DNA of 63,067 bases, filler included, from Stramenopiles sp. TOSAG23-6 (GCA_900128565.1; 11 parts of 11 records of this genome joined end to end with filler, not necessarily neighbours in it), one strand, 5' to 3'; positions 10,202-23,800 are shown, counted from the first letter of the whole stretch. Numbers and translations: made by a program. The notes: generated by a model from the sequence alone, not told the origin.

Positions 10202-11373
10202 CTAATTTGACTTGGGTTGACCTAATACTTCCAGAATAGTAGCTTGGCAAGCTTCTGCTAACCTAGTTGCTGCTTCCAACGTCGATGCCTCTGCATATAC
10301 TCTCACTACATCCTCAGTTCCACTTGGACGAACAAAAGCTCGACCTTCTTTCCCTTCAGCCGCTACTAATTCGTCAATTTTAGTTTGTAAATTAGGAGGT
10401 TGTATAACTTTGAGACCTTCCGGTGTCAAAGAATTTGAGATCGCATTACGGTCAGGGACCCGAACAGCAATTTGTTTTGAAGGAGTATTAGTGAAGAGGT
10501 CCTTCCATTCTGAAAGACCCCAACCCTCCAATGCTAAAATAGCTTCTACCATCAACATATCAGCAAGCGAATCACCAACACCTTGATTAATGAGCTTATA
10601 CGAAGAAAGTAATCGCTGAAGAGCTAAACGCTTTCTTGGGGACAATGTATTTTGGGAAAATATTTCAAAAAATTTAAAAAAATGTTAGGTACAAAATTCA
10701 CTACAAAATGTTTTTTCAAATTGAAATGATGAAAACGTACATGCATCTGGATCTTTTTCATTATTCTTTGATGACTCGATTGTGGCCTTATCACGTTTTT
10801 CCATATCACGAAGACGTTCAATGAATGTTGATTTAAATACTGCAGTACCATGGCCATTTGCTTCAAAATACACACCAATATCAAATTCTAGGGCTTTATG
10901 ATGTACTGGAAAAAATATTGTAGAAAAAAAAATGTTAGGTACGGAATTTCATACCAAAAAAAAAAACATTTTTGAAATTCATGATCAAAACGTACATGAC
11001 AATGCTTAACACCAGTTCGAGTAGTTGCAACTGTTAAACCTAAATCCTCCTTCATATATTTTGTAGAAGCCCCGTTCGCATAAGGAGTTTGAACACAACC
11101 AAATGTCATGGTGTTGGCTGTGGTATCTCCATCAGTAGATAAAAGACCTAAAACTTGACACTCACGTACGAGAAAACGGGAGAACAAAACTGTCTCTGCA
11201 TCACCATCCAATAAATGCCATTTTGAATCAGCATCGTAATAGTGATATACAATTCTATCAGCATCACCATCGATAGAAGCAATTCGTTTTCCTCGATCGT
11301 TAGAAGAAATCCCTTCTGGCGGAACACCATTTCTGTATACATGATCAGCACCACACTTAAAGTTGAGTACGCC
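10202..11373 (-). CDS. PGM3: Phosphoacetylglucosamine mutase, 3' part; exons 11373-10996, 10900-10741, 10644-10202
   Basis: [59 protein letters not shown]. Confidence 0.95.
10645..10740 (-). mobile_element. GT-AT introner intron (PGM3)
   Basis: cAT|GTACGT..TACCTAAC..caaaatacAT|tgt. Confidence 0.85.
10901..10995 (-). mobile_element. GT-AT introner intron (PGM3)
   Basis: cAT|GTACGT..TACCTAAC..ccagtacAT|cat; restores conserved KHCHHKA, the nearby AG is out of frame. Confidence 0.9.
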
Positions 11374-11577
11374 ATGTATTTTGGAAAAATATTTCAAAAA
11401 AAAAAAAACTAAAATTTGTTAGGTANNNNNNNNNNNNNNNNNNNNNNNNNNNNNNNNNNNNNNNNNNNNTTAATTAATTAANNNNNNNNNNNNNNNNNNN
11501 NNNNNNNNNNNNNNNNNNNNNNNNNACGAAATTTTGTACCTAACAATTTTTTTTTGAAATATTTTTCCAAAAAACAT

Positions 11578-12386
11578 GTGTCGCTGCTGAGACTGAGCTT
11601 GCTAAACAAATAACAAAAACGAATGCAATCATGTCTAAATTAAAATATATGAAAAAAATGGTAAAAAATAAAATTATAGATGCTTCAGGATTAGTACAAA
11701 AAATGCTACAACAATTTCGTATACAAGAATTAGTTGAATTAAGAAGAGGAGAATTGGAACACCATGAAAAAAGCAGAAAAATAGATAAATGTCATCAGAC
11801 TGATACAATACATCACATGAATCATATACATCAAATGAATAATATCATTGACCAATATAGTGATGTAGATATTGAACAAAAACAGCATAGAAATAAATAT
11901 TCAAATCAATACAAAAACATAAGAAATCTAGATGATTCGTATGCCCATATTACACAAAAAAAATCCGTCCTTCAAAGGGAGTTACGAGAGCAACAGATTC
12001 ATGATATATTAAAAGAGCAAAATATTCGTCAAAGTAATATTGAATTTGATAGGATACAACAAGAACATGATATTGATGCCAGACGAAAGTTACATTTGAA
12101 AAGGCATAGTGAATCTTTGAGTCGTGCTTGTGAATCTGCCTCCGGGACAGCTCGAGCTTCAACTTTTGTCGTTGAGCAATTAGATACTACGTTACAACAA
12201 TGGCAGGATGCCTTACGTGGAGCATACTCTTCTCCTTCAAAAAGTTTGAAGTATTCAAGTCCTATTAGTAGTGATGAAAATACTGGAATTTCCCCAATAC
12301 TTGACCATGATTCATTTGAACTAGACGATGAGGATTGTGGAAACAATACTACAAATAGAAGTTTTGTTTGGAAAGAAACTTTATAA
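11578..12386 (+). CDS. Coiled-coil hypothetical protein, last exon
   Basis: Follows family acceptor (..aaaacAT at 11577); frame open into the 251-aa ORF. Confidence 0.6.
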
Positions 12387-12512
12387 AGAAAATTAAAAAT
12401 AAATTTATTTGAACGTAATCAAACACATTTTTTTTCACATTATTTTCTGAAACAGAAATTTTACATTTGCAACTCTTACTGTTGACATTAGGTGTACAGT
12501 TCAACTGCAAAC

Positions 12513-15500
12513 CTAACCTTGTACTTTAGCTGAAAAACTAAACTGAAACAAAGGGTTACCCTTTGACTGAAATACAGGCCACCATTCTTGATACATTGGT
12601 CCATCAGGTTTAAAACGTATTTTATATATTTTTGTATCTAGCATTTGTGAAATCGCGTCATAGACTTCATCATAAGTACTCTTAAACTTATGACCGAAAT
12701 TTTGTACCTCCATATCAAGTGATTGAGCTTTATCGTTGAAATGTACAATAGTTTGATGTCTTTTGTAATTATTAGGATCAGAAACAATTTTACTCATTTC
12801 ATCTTNGAAATCTTTTATTATGATTGCTTGACGAGCACTAAATTCTTCAAGCTCCCAACGAACCCAATGACATATTCGTACTCTTTCAGTATCCGAAATN
12901 CCATCAATGTTCGTATCCAAATTGATGAAATCCGGTAAATCTCTTGGTATGTCTGTACCTGGACTTTCTTGTTTGAATTTTTTCCTGAAATCACGCATTC
13001 CCTTTCGTCTTTTCTTCTTTATTTTTTTAATTCTTTTCTTGATATCCTTGGCGTTTTCTGGTGTTTCAGATATTTCTGTCATCATTTGCTCTTCTTCAAT
13101 GCGTGTCCATCTGATGGTCATTTGTATCTGATAATAATAATGTCTTTGTAGATGTGTTTTTCTCGAGATTGCATCATACATGGCATTACTTAAAAGCATC
13201 GGGGAAATTTTATTATATCTGTCTACTATTGCATTCCATTCATTTTGAAACCTAATCTCTGCCTCATTGCTGATTTCAAATGTTTGGTCACGACTAAAAA
13301 CGTAGTGAAATAAACTTTCCCAAGTTGTCATTGGTACACCAGCCAATCGGCATTTACGAACAGCCAAATCTGATGCTTCAAAGGAATACATATGGATTAA
13401 TCTTTCTTTTCGCTCCTCATCAGTCCAAGTTAAATGTCCAGGATAGTTTTGGGTAAATACTGCATAGTTCTGAAGTATATTCTGCAATAAGTCAACTTTA
13501 CGTGAAAGCAATGGACACAGTTTTGGCTGAATATTACCAATCTCATCCGGAATGTTGCCCATTTCTACATTTACAATTGTGAGTTCCTCTTCCTTACGTC
13601 GAACATCTTCCATGAACTTTTGGAAAATATGTCAATTGTTTTTCTGTAAGGTATAAAATTTCGTACGAAAAAATTATTTAGGTAAAAAATATAAGATGAA
13701 AACTTACATTAGTAAAGCAAATGGTAATTTAAGACGATCTGGTAGTTCTATATCTAAAGTTCTAGAACCAGGAAATATATCATTTTTGATTGTATCACTT
13801 TTCAATACATGTGTATCATCATAAACCTTTTCCCAATCTTGACCAATATTAAATAGATAACCAAAAGAAAGGAGCGGGATAACCAACCCAAGTATACTAT
13901 AATATATAGCAATTGGTTGCAGACTCCATCTAATTTTTGTTTTTTTCTCGGTTGGTTTATTTTTCTTGTTTTTATGATTGGTTTTAGTTTTAGTTTTAGT
14001 TTTAGTTTTGGTTTGATTTGCGGAATGCTCGTTGCCAACGTTTCCGTTTGCTTCCTCGTTTTTTTTCTTCCTTCGTCGGCGACGTCTCTTTTTAGTTTTC
14101 GACTGAGGTTTATGTTGTCCAACAAATAATTTTGTTTCAACAGGAGTTATTTTTTTCTCTTTAGGAGAAACATCAATCTCTTTTTGTTGTAGAAGTTCTT
14201 CAATTCGACTTTTATGTAGAACAGGCAGAATATCTTTAGAAGTATGCGAAATATGCTGAGAAACTTTTAATTTTTTATCATCGTGGGGTTCTTTGTTATC
14301 ATCTTGAGGTTTATTTTTATTCTCTTGAGGTTCATTAGTATGATGATCATTAGGAATAACTGCTGCTGTGCTATTTGCTTCCCCTGGACTCTTTGCTTCA
14401 TTTCTATCACCGAAACAAGGAATTTCAACCAAAGAGATACTAGAATTTTCAAAACATGGGCGAATATCACCACCACTAACAATATGTTTATATAAATCAT
14501 CAAATGACCTTTGAACTCGTAGAATATTCCGTACATTAACACTTGCATTTTTTTTCATTTTTTTCACAAAGTGGATCCTGGATAAACATTTCTCCTTGTT
14601 GATCAAATGGAGTATTTCTTTGTACCCCATCAGGGTAAAAAANACACTCAATGGGTCGCATGTGCATTTCTTTGTTTCGTCCGATATATGGACTATCACG
14701 AGAAAATGTTTTTAAAAACCTAATTAATTTTTCAACTAATGAATATCGATTTAAAATAGCACCTTGCATACTTAAAAAAAAATGTACCATTAAGATGAGA
14801 ACATAACCTGTTAAAGTTCCATCACGAGGATCGTATAATTTCGCTTTAAACAAATATCTCTTCATTAATAATACTATTTCTCTCATACCTTGATAACGCC
14901 CTAAGCTGTCTGTAACAAATTCAAGAGCACGAAGTCCCGAATGATTTGAAGTTTGTATTGAAATGTCGGCTTTTATATTTTGACCTTCCAGAATAATATG
15001 AGGAATCTCAGTACCAATAATTTCGGTTTCGTATCCAGAATCAAAAACAGTATTCAAAGTCTGCAAGTAATCGATGACTTCAGTAGAAGGAACTTCCCAT
15101 GGAAAAGATACAACAATATCAAGATCTGATATCCCATTGACGTAAAGGTTTTGAGCCACAGAGCCATACACAGTAGCCTTGACACCATTCGTGTAATATT
15201 TTACGCCGTGTTGGTCCACCAATGGCCACTGATAAATATTTTCTCCCAATTTTTCAACAAATTGTTCTTGATTCATCCGCTGCTTGTTGTCGTTATCGGC
15301 AAGAAGAATATTTTCAAGGTAGCGATTCGCCCAAACTTTATACTCAGGCTTTAATGTTGAATGGTCGAATGTAGGGGTGCTACAGTGTTTTCGTGTTGGT
15401 TTTGGTATAAATTCCTTCGAACTCTCCTTTAGATCCGATGTGGGTGAAACAGTAAGTGGAGCAAGTCCTCTCAAATGACTAGCGGCATTTACATGATCCA

Positions 15501-15537
15501 CGCAATGACATAGTAGAAACAATATAACAAGCATCAT
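12513..15537 (-). CDS. Trf4/Cid1-like nucleotidyltransferase-domain protein with signal peptide and TM helix; one intron, probable homopolymer frameshift near 14550
   Basis: YGSVAQNLYVNGISDLDIVV, KADISI, GTLTGYVLILMV, IQDPL; hydrophobic N-terminus. Confidence 0.7.
13612..13707 (-). mobile_element. GT-AT introner intron
   Basis: aAT|GTAAGT..TTCGTACGAAATTTTATACCTTAC..aagttcAT|gga; in frame LLMEDV. Confidence 0.8.
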
Positions 15538-15768
15538 TTTTCAATAGGTTGCAAGCACTGCGGCTAGTAAACGAGTGGTACATACGACGACTCGAGTCAC
15601 TCGACGAGGTGTAAAAGTTTGAGAGAGTCAGCTGCTTCGCTGGAGAGAATCACGAAATTTCGTTATTTTTGGCGCATAAGAAAAGTAGGGTTAGGGTTTG
15701 TTCTTCAGAAAATACATCAGATTATTCGTTCAATTTGTAATATTGTTTTCAATTTTATTGTATATAAA

Positions 15769-16929
15769 TTATTTTCTTTCAGCTTTTAGCTGCCATAGTT
15801 TAGCCATATGCCCCCCTGTTGTAATAATTTGAGTCAAGGTTTTATCAATTCCTATCGAATCAACTCCATTTTCTATACCTTTTTCTTGCTCTAATGTTTT
15901 TATACATTCTGCATTTTGAATTTCCCAGATTTTAATACTTTTATCCCAAGACACTGAAAATAAAACTTTTCCATCTGGAGAAGCAGAACAACTCTGCACA
16001 GGCCCCGAATGACCTAAAAAAACTCTAATCACTTTTCTAGTCTTAACCGACCAAAGTCTTAATGTCATATCAGCTGAGCAAGTAATGACTTGTTGATTGA
16101 GTATCGGTTGGCCAGGTCTGAAACAACACCACGAAATCATCTTTGTATGACCTGGTATGTCATTTTTGTCTTCACTAATACCATTAAATGTTTTAATACA
16201 CACATTATCTATTGTACTCCATAATTTTGCGGTACAGTCATGAGAACATGATAAAATAAAGTATCCATCAAATGAAAATTCACAACAATACACATAATGG
16301 GAATGACCTTTCAAAAGTCCTAAAGTTTCACCAGTTTCTACATTCCATTGTATAAGGGTTCCATCCCATGAAGAAGAAACGAGAACTGAACCACGAGCAA
16401 CATCAACTGTACCATTAAGTTGAGTTGCACCTGGACTAAATGCACAACAACTTACTGACTTACAAATTTCCCCTTGGTGTCCGATAAAAGTACGAACTTT
16501 TTTGCCAGTAGCGACGTCCCACATTATCATGGAACCGTCCTTTGAACAAGAAACGAGGTTCTTACTATCTAAGCTAAACACTCCCTTCCAAACACAATCA
16601 ATGTGTCCTACTTCGTTGAGTGCATTGACACTGTCTGGCATTATTCTTCCTTGAGGTTCAGTTTCTGAAAACAAACGTAAAGGCTCATTGCGATGACCTA
16701 AAGTTCTGACAAGTTTACCTGTCTCAGTATCCCAAAGTTTTAAAGTATTATCTTCAGAAGCAGTGGCAATTAACGTACCATCTGGAGAAAATGTACACCC
16801 CCAAACAGTATTTGTATGACCTTCGAATGTGTACATGCGTAGCAGTGTAGTGGTAAGAGTTGTTCCTGTCAGCATAATGTTTTCATCAGAGTCACTTGCA
16901 CTTGAATCGTCGTTGGTTTTCTCCGCCAT
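15769..16929 (-). CDS. WD40-repeat protein
   Basis: About 7 GH..WD repeats (GHTNTVWGCTFSPDG..LKLWD); intronless. Confidence 0.9.
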   Translation of the reverse strand: MAEKTNDDSSASDSDENIMLTGTTLTTTLLRMYTFEGHTNTVWGCTFSPDGTLIATASEDNTLKLWDTETGKLVRTLGHRNEPLRLFSETEPQGRIMPDSVNALNEVGHIDCVWKGVFSLDSKNLVSCSKDGSMIMWDVATGKKVRTFIGHQGEICKSVSCCAFSPGATQLNGTVDVARGSVLVSSSWDGTLIQWNVETGETLGLLKGHSHYVYCCEFSFDGYFILSCSHDCTAKLWSTIDNVCIKTFNGISEDKNDIPGHTKMISWCCFRPGQPILNQQVITCSADMTLRLWSVKTRKVIRVFLGHSGPVQSCSASPDGKVLFSVSWDKSIKIWEIQNAECIKTLEQEKGIENGVDSIGIDKTLTQIITTGGHMAKLWQLKAERK

Positions 16930-17280
16930 TGTACACTAAAGATTTCTCTAGGGTTGGACCTTACTCTTAAAGATCACTTCATCTGTACTACTATAAATTT
17001 GCTAAATGTATAGTTTAATCGCTCCAGTTGTTCATCAAATGAACGAAGATCAAAATCATATGGAATTCGTATATTAGGAAGAAGATCGATCGAGATCTTT
17101 TGATTTAGATTCGAAAAAATCGAAAAAACGTTTCCATTTCGATTTTGCGGAGGTGTCGGAGGTTATCAAGAACAGGTCTGNNNNNNNNNNNNNNNNNNNN
17201 NNNNNNNNNNNNNNNNNNNNNNNNTTAATTAATTAANNNNNNNNNNNNNNNNNNNNNNNNNNNNNNNNNNNNNNNNNNNN

Positions 17281-20200
17281 GAATGTAACTCCGGCAAACT
17301 ACTACGTTCGGCATTAGTTTTGTCATTTCGCAACCATTCACCAGTTGAAATATTTGGACTTTCTTTTGATAAAGATCTTTGTGATAATTTTGTCGCTGGA
17401 ACTGTTGGAGGGAGTGGCCCCCAATGTCTTGTACCAACTTTAATCGACTTTCTGTCTTTTGCAAAAGGAGAACGCGAGCTATCTTTTGATCTGGAACCTT
17501 TTGATGCAACACCCTGTTTTCTAGGTTTTAAAAGGATAGAATTATTCCGCTCGGGCTTTTCTTTGCTNNNNNNNNNNNNTGTTCTGATTCTGAGAAACTA
17601 GCCAAATGTTTCATATCTTGATTTGCCTGAAATAGGGCTTCTTTTCGCTTATTTTGCTCCGCGATGTTAGTTTTTGTCATTGGTTTTGCCTCTGCCTTAA
17701 CATACGCTCGAAGCAATTTCTCTTTTTTTCTCAATATTCCTTCAAATTCTTTTATTTTTTCGGGATCATCCAATTTTGTTGCTGCTTTGAGACTTTCTTG
17801 GGATTTCTGTATTTTATCTTTTCGTTGCTTATTTTTTGCAACAGAATTTTTCTTTTTCGCCTTTGATCTTTTCAGGACTCAATGCATCTGCTGTCGCGTC
17901 TTTCAAATCTTTATCTGCTTGGATGATGGCATTTTTACGTTTTTCGTGAATGTCATCTTCTCTCGCCTTTTCAACTTTGGCTTTCACATGTTCTTGGAGT
18001 AATTTTTCTTTTCGCTTTAACTTTTCTTCAAAATCTTTCACTTTATCAGGACTCATTAAATTTGCTGAAGTCTTCAGATCGTTATCTGCTTTTATGAGAG
18101 CTTCCTTGCGTTTCTCGTGTACTGCGAGATCCTTCTTTTGATCCACTTCAGCCTGTACACGTGCTTGAATGAGTTTCTCCTTCTGCTTAATTTTTGATTC
18201 AAACTGTTTCATTTTGTGGGACCCCATCAAGTTTGATGCATGTTTTAGATCGTTGTCAATTTGAAGTAGATCTTCTTTGCGTTTTTCATGTATTTCAAGA
18301 TCCTTTTGTATCTTAGCACTTGCTTGAATATGAGCTTGTACAAGTTCCTCCTTTTGTTTAAGTTTCTCTTCAAATACCTTTTTCTTCTCAGGTCTCATGA
18401 AGTTTGTTGCATCTTTCAGATCTTCATCAACCTTATCAAGAGCTTCTTTGCGATCATATATTTCTTTCACATCCTTCTTTGTATGAGCAGTAAGTAAATC
18501 TTCTTTCAGTTTTAAAGTTTCTTCAAATAATTTCTTTTCATTCTCATTCATTTCATTTGTTACTTCAGAAAGTTTTGTATTAATTTGATTCAAATCATCT
18601 CGAATTTTCCTTTGGTCTTCTTCATTATTCTTTAGCTTTATTTGAATGAGCGCAAGTTTTTGAAACATTTCGTCGTTTTGGAAAAGTTTAGCCTCCAACA
18701 TTTCCTTGTCAGTCCCTGCTGAATTTACCACATTTGTTAGATCTTGATGGATTTGGAGCAATTCTTTGTTTCGGTTTTGGTTCTCCACAGGATCATTGTC
18801 ATTGCTTCCTTTGGCTTCTAAATGTTCCAAGAGTAACTTTTCTTTGTGCTTCTGTTTTGCTTCAAAAATTTCAAGATTCTCGTCGTCCAGAAAAGATGTC
18901 GCCTCTTTTAACTCTTTTTCGGATTGATTTAGTAATTTCTTACATTTCATCTTTACTTTTACGTAATGTTCATTTGCCTTTTTTGCTTTTACAAGATCTT
19001 CAAGAAGAGTATCTTTTTCTTGTAGGGTATTCTCAAAATCCTTCATCTTGTCACTTCCTATCAGATTTGAACACGTTTTAATATCCATGTGTGTCTGAAT
19101 TAGTTCTTCTTTGCGTTTTCGAATTTCTTCAGAATCACCTGGTTTAGAAATTTCATCATTTATTCGATTTTCCAGCAGTTTCGATCTCTGTTTTAACATT
19201 GCTCCAAATTCATGTGTCTCGGTAGTCCCTACAACATTAGCTGCAGATTTTAGCTCATCATCGATATTTTTCAGTTTCTCTTTGAGTGTTTTATTCTTTT
19301 CATTTTTATTTTTTGTATCTGCTTTCGCTAGAATGTGTCTTTGAAGAATTTCCTCTTTTTGTGAAAGTTTTGCTTCAAATAAAACCATTTTATGGGTTCC
19401 CATCAAGTTCGATGCAACTTTTAGATCTTCATGTGCTTCAATTAACTCTTTCTTACGGTTTTCACTTTCTTCTGGATCATTGTCAGCACTTGCCTCGGCT
19501 TTTATATGTGCTTGCAGAAGCTCTTCTTTTCTTTTCAATTTCGCATGGAAATCTTGCTTCTTATCAGAACCCAATAAGTCTGTTGCTTCCATCAAGTCTT
19601 CATCTACCTGCACTAAAGCCTCTTCCCGTGACTCATGTTCCTCCTGACTCTTCTTTAGATTTTTTTCTGCTAAAACATTTTCCTGTACAAGGTGGTCTCT
19701 GTGTGCAAGCTTAGACTCAAAATTATTCACTTCTTCAGCATCGCTTAATTTTGAAATCTCCTTTAAATTTTCATTTAATTTTTTAAATGTTTCATTGTCT
19801 TTTCGTTTGGTATCTTTTGCTTCCTTTTTCTTCGCCTCTGCCAGTAAATGTTCTCGTAGAAGTTCATCCTTCTTCGAAAGTTTTGACTCAAATGTTTTCA
19901 TTTTTTCTGTCCCCATTTGGCTTACTTCCGATTTCAAATCGTCGTCAGCTTGAATTATGGCTTGTGTTCGCTTCTTATGCTTTTCCATTTCAGATGTTTT
20001 CTTTGCCTCTGCGTGTAGATGATCGTGAAGAAGATCTTCTTTGAGTTTTAATTTTTCCTCAAAATCTTTCATTTTCTCACCATCCGCGACATTGGCTATA
20101 ACCATTAAGCTTTTGTCAACTTCAGAAATTGCCACCTCTCGTTCCTTGTTTTCCATCAACGTATTCTCAGTCTTTGCTTCTTCATGTAAATGATCACGAA

Positions 20201-22876
20201 GTAGATCTTGCTTTAACTTCAACTTTGCCTCAAAATCCTTCATTTTTTCAGATCCCATAAGATTTGCTTCCGCTTTAAGATCTACGTCCGCTTGAAGCAA
20301 AGCTTCTTGGCGTTCCTGGTGAGCTTCCAGATTTAATTCTTTCTTTGCTTCTGCGTGTAAATGTTCATGAAGAAGATCTTGCTTTAACTTCAATTTTGCT
20401 TGAATATCTTTCATTGCCTCTGGATCAGTCGAACTTGCTATGTTTTTTAAATCTTGTGTTGCCTGTTGTAAAGCCTTCTCGCGTTTCTCATGTTCTTCTG
20501 CTTCTACAGCATCGTCAATAGCTTCATCGTTAGCCTGTGATCGCATATCAGCCTTCAATCGAAATTCTTTGCTCTTCATTTCTAATAGCTTTTGTTGGTA
20601 GATTTTTTTCTGGTAAATGTTCTCCTGTTGATGTGTACGAACTCTTCTCCACGCAATTTTAATCCTTGGTTTATTCATTCCAGGAATATGTATTGTGAAA
20701 AAATATTTAAAACTGAATTTTGTTGTTAGGTACAAATTTCGGTATGGAAAAATAAAACTTTAATTCAATTTTGAAAACGTGCGTGAAACATATTGCCGGG
20801 TTTTTGGTCAACTTCATATTCTCTCAGCGAGGATTGCTTTCCTTCAATATTGATCTCGACGCTACCAATGAGATTTGGGGTTGAGTGAAGTGATTCATCA
20901 GGACTACCTTCATCGTAATCAAAAAGATGTACATGCAGCACTGGTTTTTTTATATTAGTTCCATCACCTGGATGGACATGGACAATTTGTCGTTTAATGC
21001 GTAAAAGAAAGTATTGTTTCCAGATAGGTTTTAGAGTATCTTTCATTATTTTCGTTTTACCCCAACGGTCAGCCCCAACGTATGCTTTTATATAATCAAA
21101 CTTTTCAGGTACGTTAGACGTTTGGTTCGTTAGATATGTTAAGCAGCATGCATCAGTAGTTCGTTTCCTCTCAACTTTCGAATGTCGATCTGTTCGATGG
21201 GGATCAATATCGATATCATTCATATTCGGTAATTCAGTTGCTGAAAAAATACAAACTTCGACGTAAGCACCATCCCTAGAAACACCCCCAGGATGGACAT
21301 GTGGTCTGTGCATTCTTCGATGTACATTTGATATAATAGTGTCAGATTTGAATTTTGCATCGTGATGAACTTCGGTCAGTTCATCTGCAATAGCTTTAGC
21401 TTCAGCGGCTTCCTTTGCTGCCTCCGCAGCTTTCGCTTCAGTGTCTTTTAGGTTCGCCGTAGTCATATCTCCATCTCCACCTTTTTTCAATGAACGTTTC
21501 GCCGCAGTAGCTTTCGATATTAAAACTGCAGCATGTTCCTTCTTCTTCTTTGCTTCAGCTACAGCATCATCTTTCGCTTTATGAGCAGCAATTTCAGCTT
21601 CTGCAAGTTTAGAATGCTCTTGAGCGAGATTTGATATTTTAGTCTCAGCGGCTGTAGCTCTCACCCGGTCTAATTTTGACAGAGCTTCCGATTCGACAAA
21701 AGAGTATCGCTTTGATTTAGTTTTTGCATGTTGCAGTGCCACCCTTGCATCTTTCGCTGCCTTTTGTGACGCTTCATCTTGTTCAATTAAATGAGCAATT
21801 TGCTCAGTTGCCATGGGTCCTTTCGTTTCAACCGCTCTTTTCAGAGCCCGCCGAGTCTTTGCAGCAGCTGCTTTCTTCTCTCTTGCAACAATCACACTTT
21901 CTTTTACTGCATCATCTGCCTTTTTGGCGGCCTGTTTTGCTACGACATGTTCTTTTGCACAACTGAGTAGCAGTTTATTTGTTTCCTCTGGAAAATCATC
22001 ATTATGCCAACTTTCATGTGCCTCCTTGACGACTTTAGACTCTCTTTTGGAACGGGATGTTTCTTGTTTTGCAATTTCATAGTCAGCGACGGCTTTTGCC
22101 CTTTTCTTCTTTTTTGCTTCTAACAATTTCCATGCTGCAGAATCAGGACCTGCTTCTTTTGTTTTAAGGAGATTATCTTGAGCGTCTCTCCATTCTTTAG
22201 TAGCCNNNNNNNNNNNNNNNNNNNNNNNNNNNNNNNNNNNNNNNNNNNNNNNNNNNNNNNNNNNNNNNNNNNNNNNNNNNNNNNNNNNNNNNNNNNNNNN
22301 NNNNNNNNNNNNNNNNNNNNNNNNCTCAGCAATATCATGAATATTTGTAGCCTCTTGATGATTCACTTCGTCTTGGACTAATTTGTCACACGCAGCTTGG
22401 AAATTATTTCTCGTCCAAGTGCCACGATGTTGTGCTTGAAGTTTAACCATTGCTCTTTTAAACACTTTCTTCAGCTCGAGTTTTTTTCTCGATTCGTTAC
22501 CACGTTGAATTGCTTGTATTTTACTAGCTGCCTTTTCATTTTCAGAAGTAGCCTTTACTTCAATGGCAGGCTCTTCAGATTTATGATGATGGTGTTTATG
22601 ATGGTGATGGTGGTGTTCGCCATGTTCGCCCTGATGATGTTCGCCATGATGATGGTGTTTGCCATGATGATGTTCTCCTCCCTCATGATGCTCTCGCTGA
22701 TCTGATTTATCTTTCTCCGCATCTGTAGCTTCTTCAGCACCCGTAGCCGTATTATTTTCACTTTGTTTAGAATCACTTTCCACAACACTTTCAACGGCGT
22801 TTACTGCGTTGTCTTCACTCTGTATTGGAACTGGTTCCTCTGACGAAGAATCTTCTGAACTTGAATCGTCCGACAT
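17281..22876 (-). CDS. Large IQ-motif / C2-domain / repetitive coiled-coil protein, 3'-truncated, with gaps
   Basis: IQAIQRGNESRK and LQAQHRGTWTR; C2-like SATELP..KTKIMKDTLKPIW..LFDYD..IGSVEI; many KxFExKLxxKExLL repeats. Confidence 0.75.
20688..20782 (-). mobile_element. Family intron with GC-AT ends
   Basis: cAC|GCACGT..TACCTAAC..caatacAT|att; keeps frame NMFH-IPGM. Confidence 0.75.
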
Positions 22877-23064
22877 CTTAGAGCTTAATTACTAAATATA
22901 TTGTTTAAATCACAAGAATAAAGTAANNNNNNNNNNNNNNNNNNNNNNNNNNNNNNNNNNNNNNNNNNNNTTAATTAATTAANNNNNNNNNNNNNNNNNN
23001 NNNNNNNNNNNNNNNNNNNNNNNNNNTTGAGTTTTTTTTTTTGAAATATTTTTCCAAAATACAT

Positions 23065-23695
23065 GTGTTTTAAAAATGGATCATTAACTCGACAGGCCAT
23101 TTGCGATCTTTGTGCTTGTGGCAAATGGAGTGAATTCGAATCTCGAATGAATATGAAAGAAAAAGGAAATTCTGGGTGTATTGGCTTTTTCATACGAGTC
23201 CCGGAAATTACACCAAATATTTCAGCGAGTGAAACGTTTACTGAAAATATTTATTTGTTTGATGGTGATGATAATAGAATTTATGGTGTAGAACCAGAAG
23301 TTCAAATTCGCGCACTAGTTGAAGGACAATTTATATCAATGAGACTGCACAGTGAAAAAATGGGAATTCTACCATCACGAATCATTGTCACTGGTGGAGC
23401 TTCTGCTAATCGATCAATAGTACAAGTAATTGCAGATGTCTTTGGTGTTCATGTTTTCTCATTAGATCAAACTGATTCTGCTTCTCTTGGTGCTGCGTTT
23501 CGAGCTTTTCATGCATATAGTAATACAAAACAAAATGAAACAAAAATGGAATTCTCTGATTTGATCTCTGGAAGTGAAGGTAAGGGAGTTATATACAAAA
23601 GCGTGGCTAGTCCTGATTTGTCTGCACATGCTGAATATTCGCAAATGTTACCTCGATATGCCAAACTTGAACGTGTAGTGATTGAGGAAGCATAA
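23065..23695 (+). CDS. XYLB: Xylulokinase (FGGY kinase), last exon
   Basis: CFKNGSLTR, IRALVEGQF, IIVTGGASAN..QVIADVF, SASLGAA; preceded by AT acceptor at 23064. Confidence 0.9.
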
Positions 23696-23800
23696 AATAA
23701 AAATAATATGGGTTGAAATTGTAATGTGCTTTTCAGATAATTTTATTTCATAAAAAAGGATTCTAGAAAATAAATTTTGGATAACATTTTTAGGGAGTAT

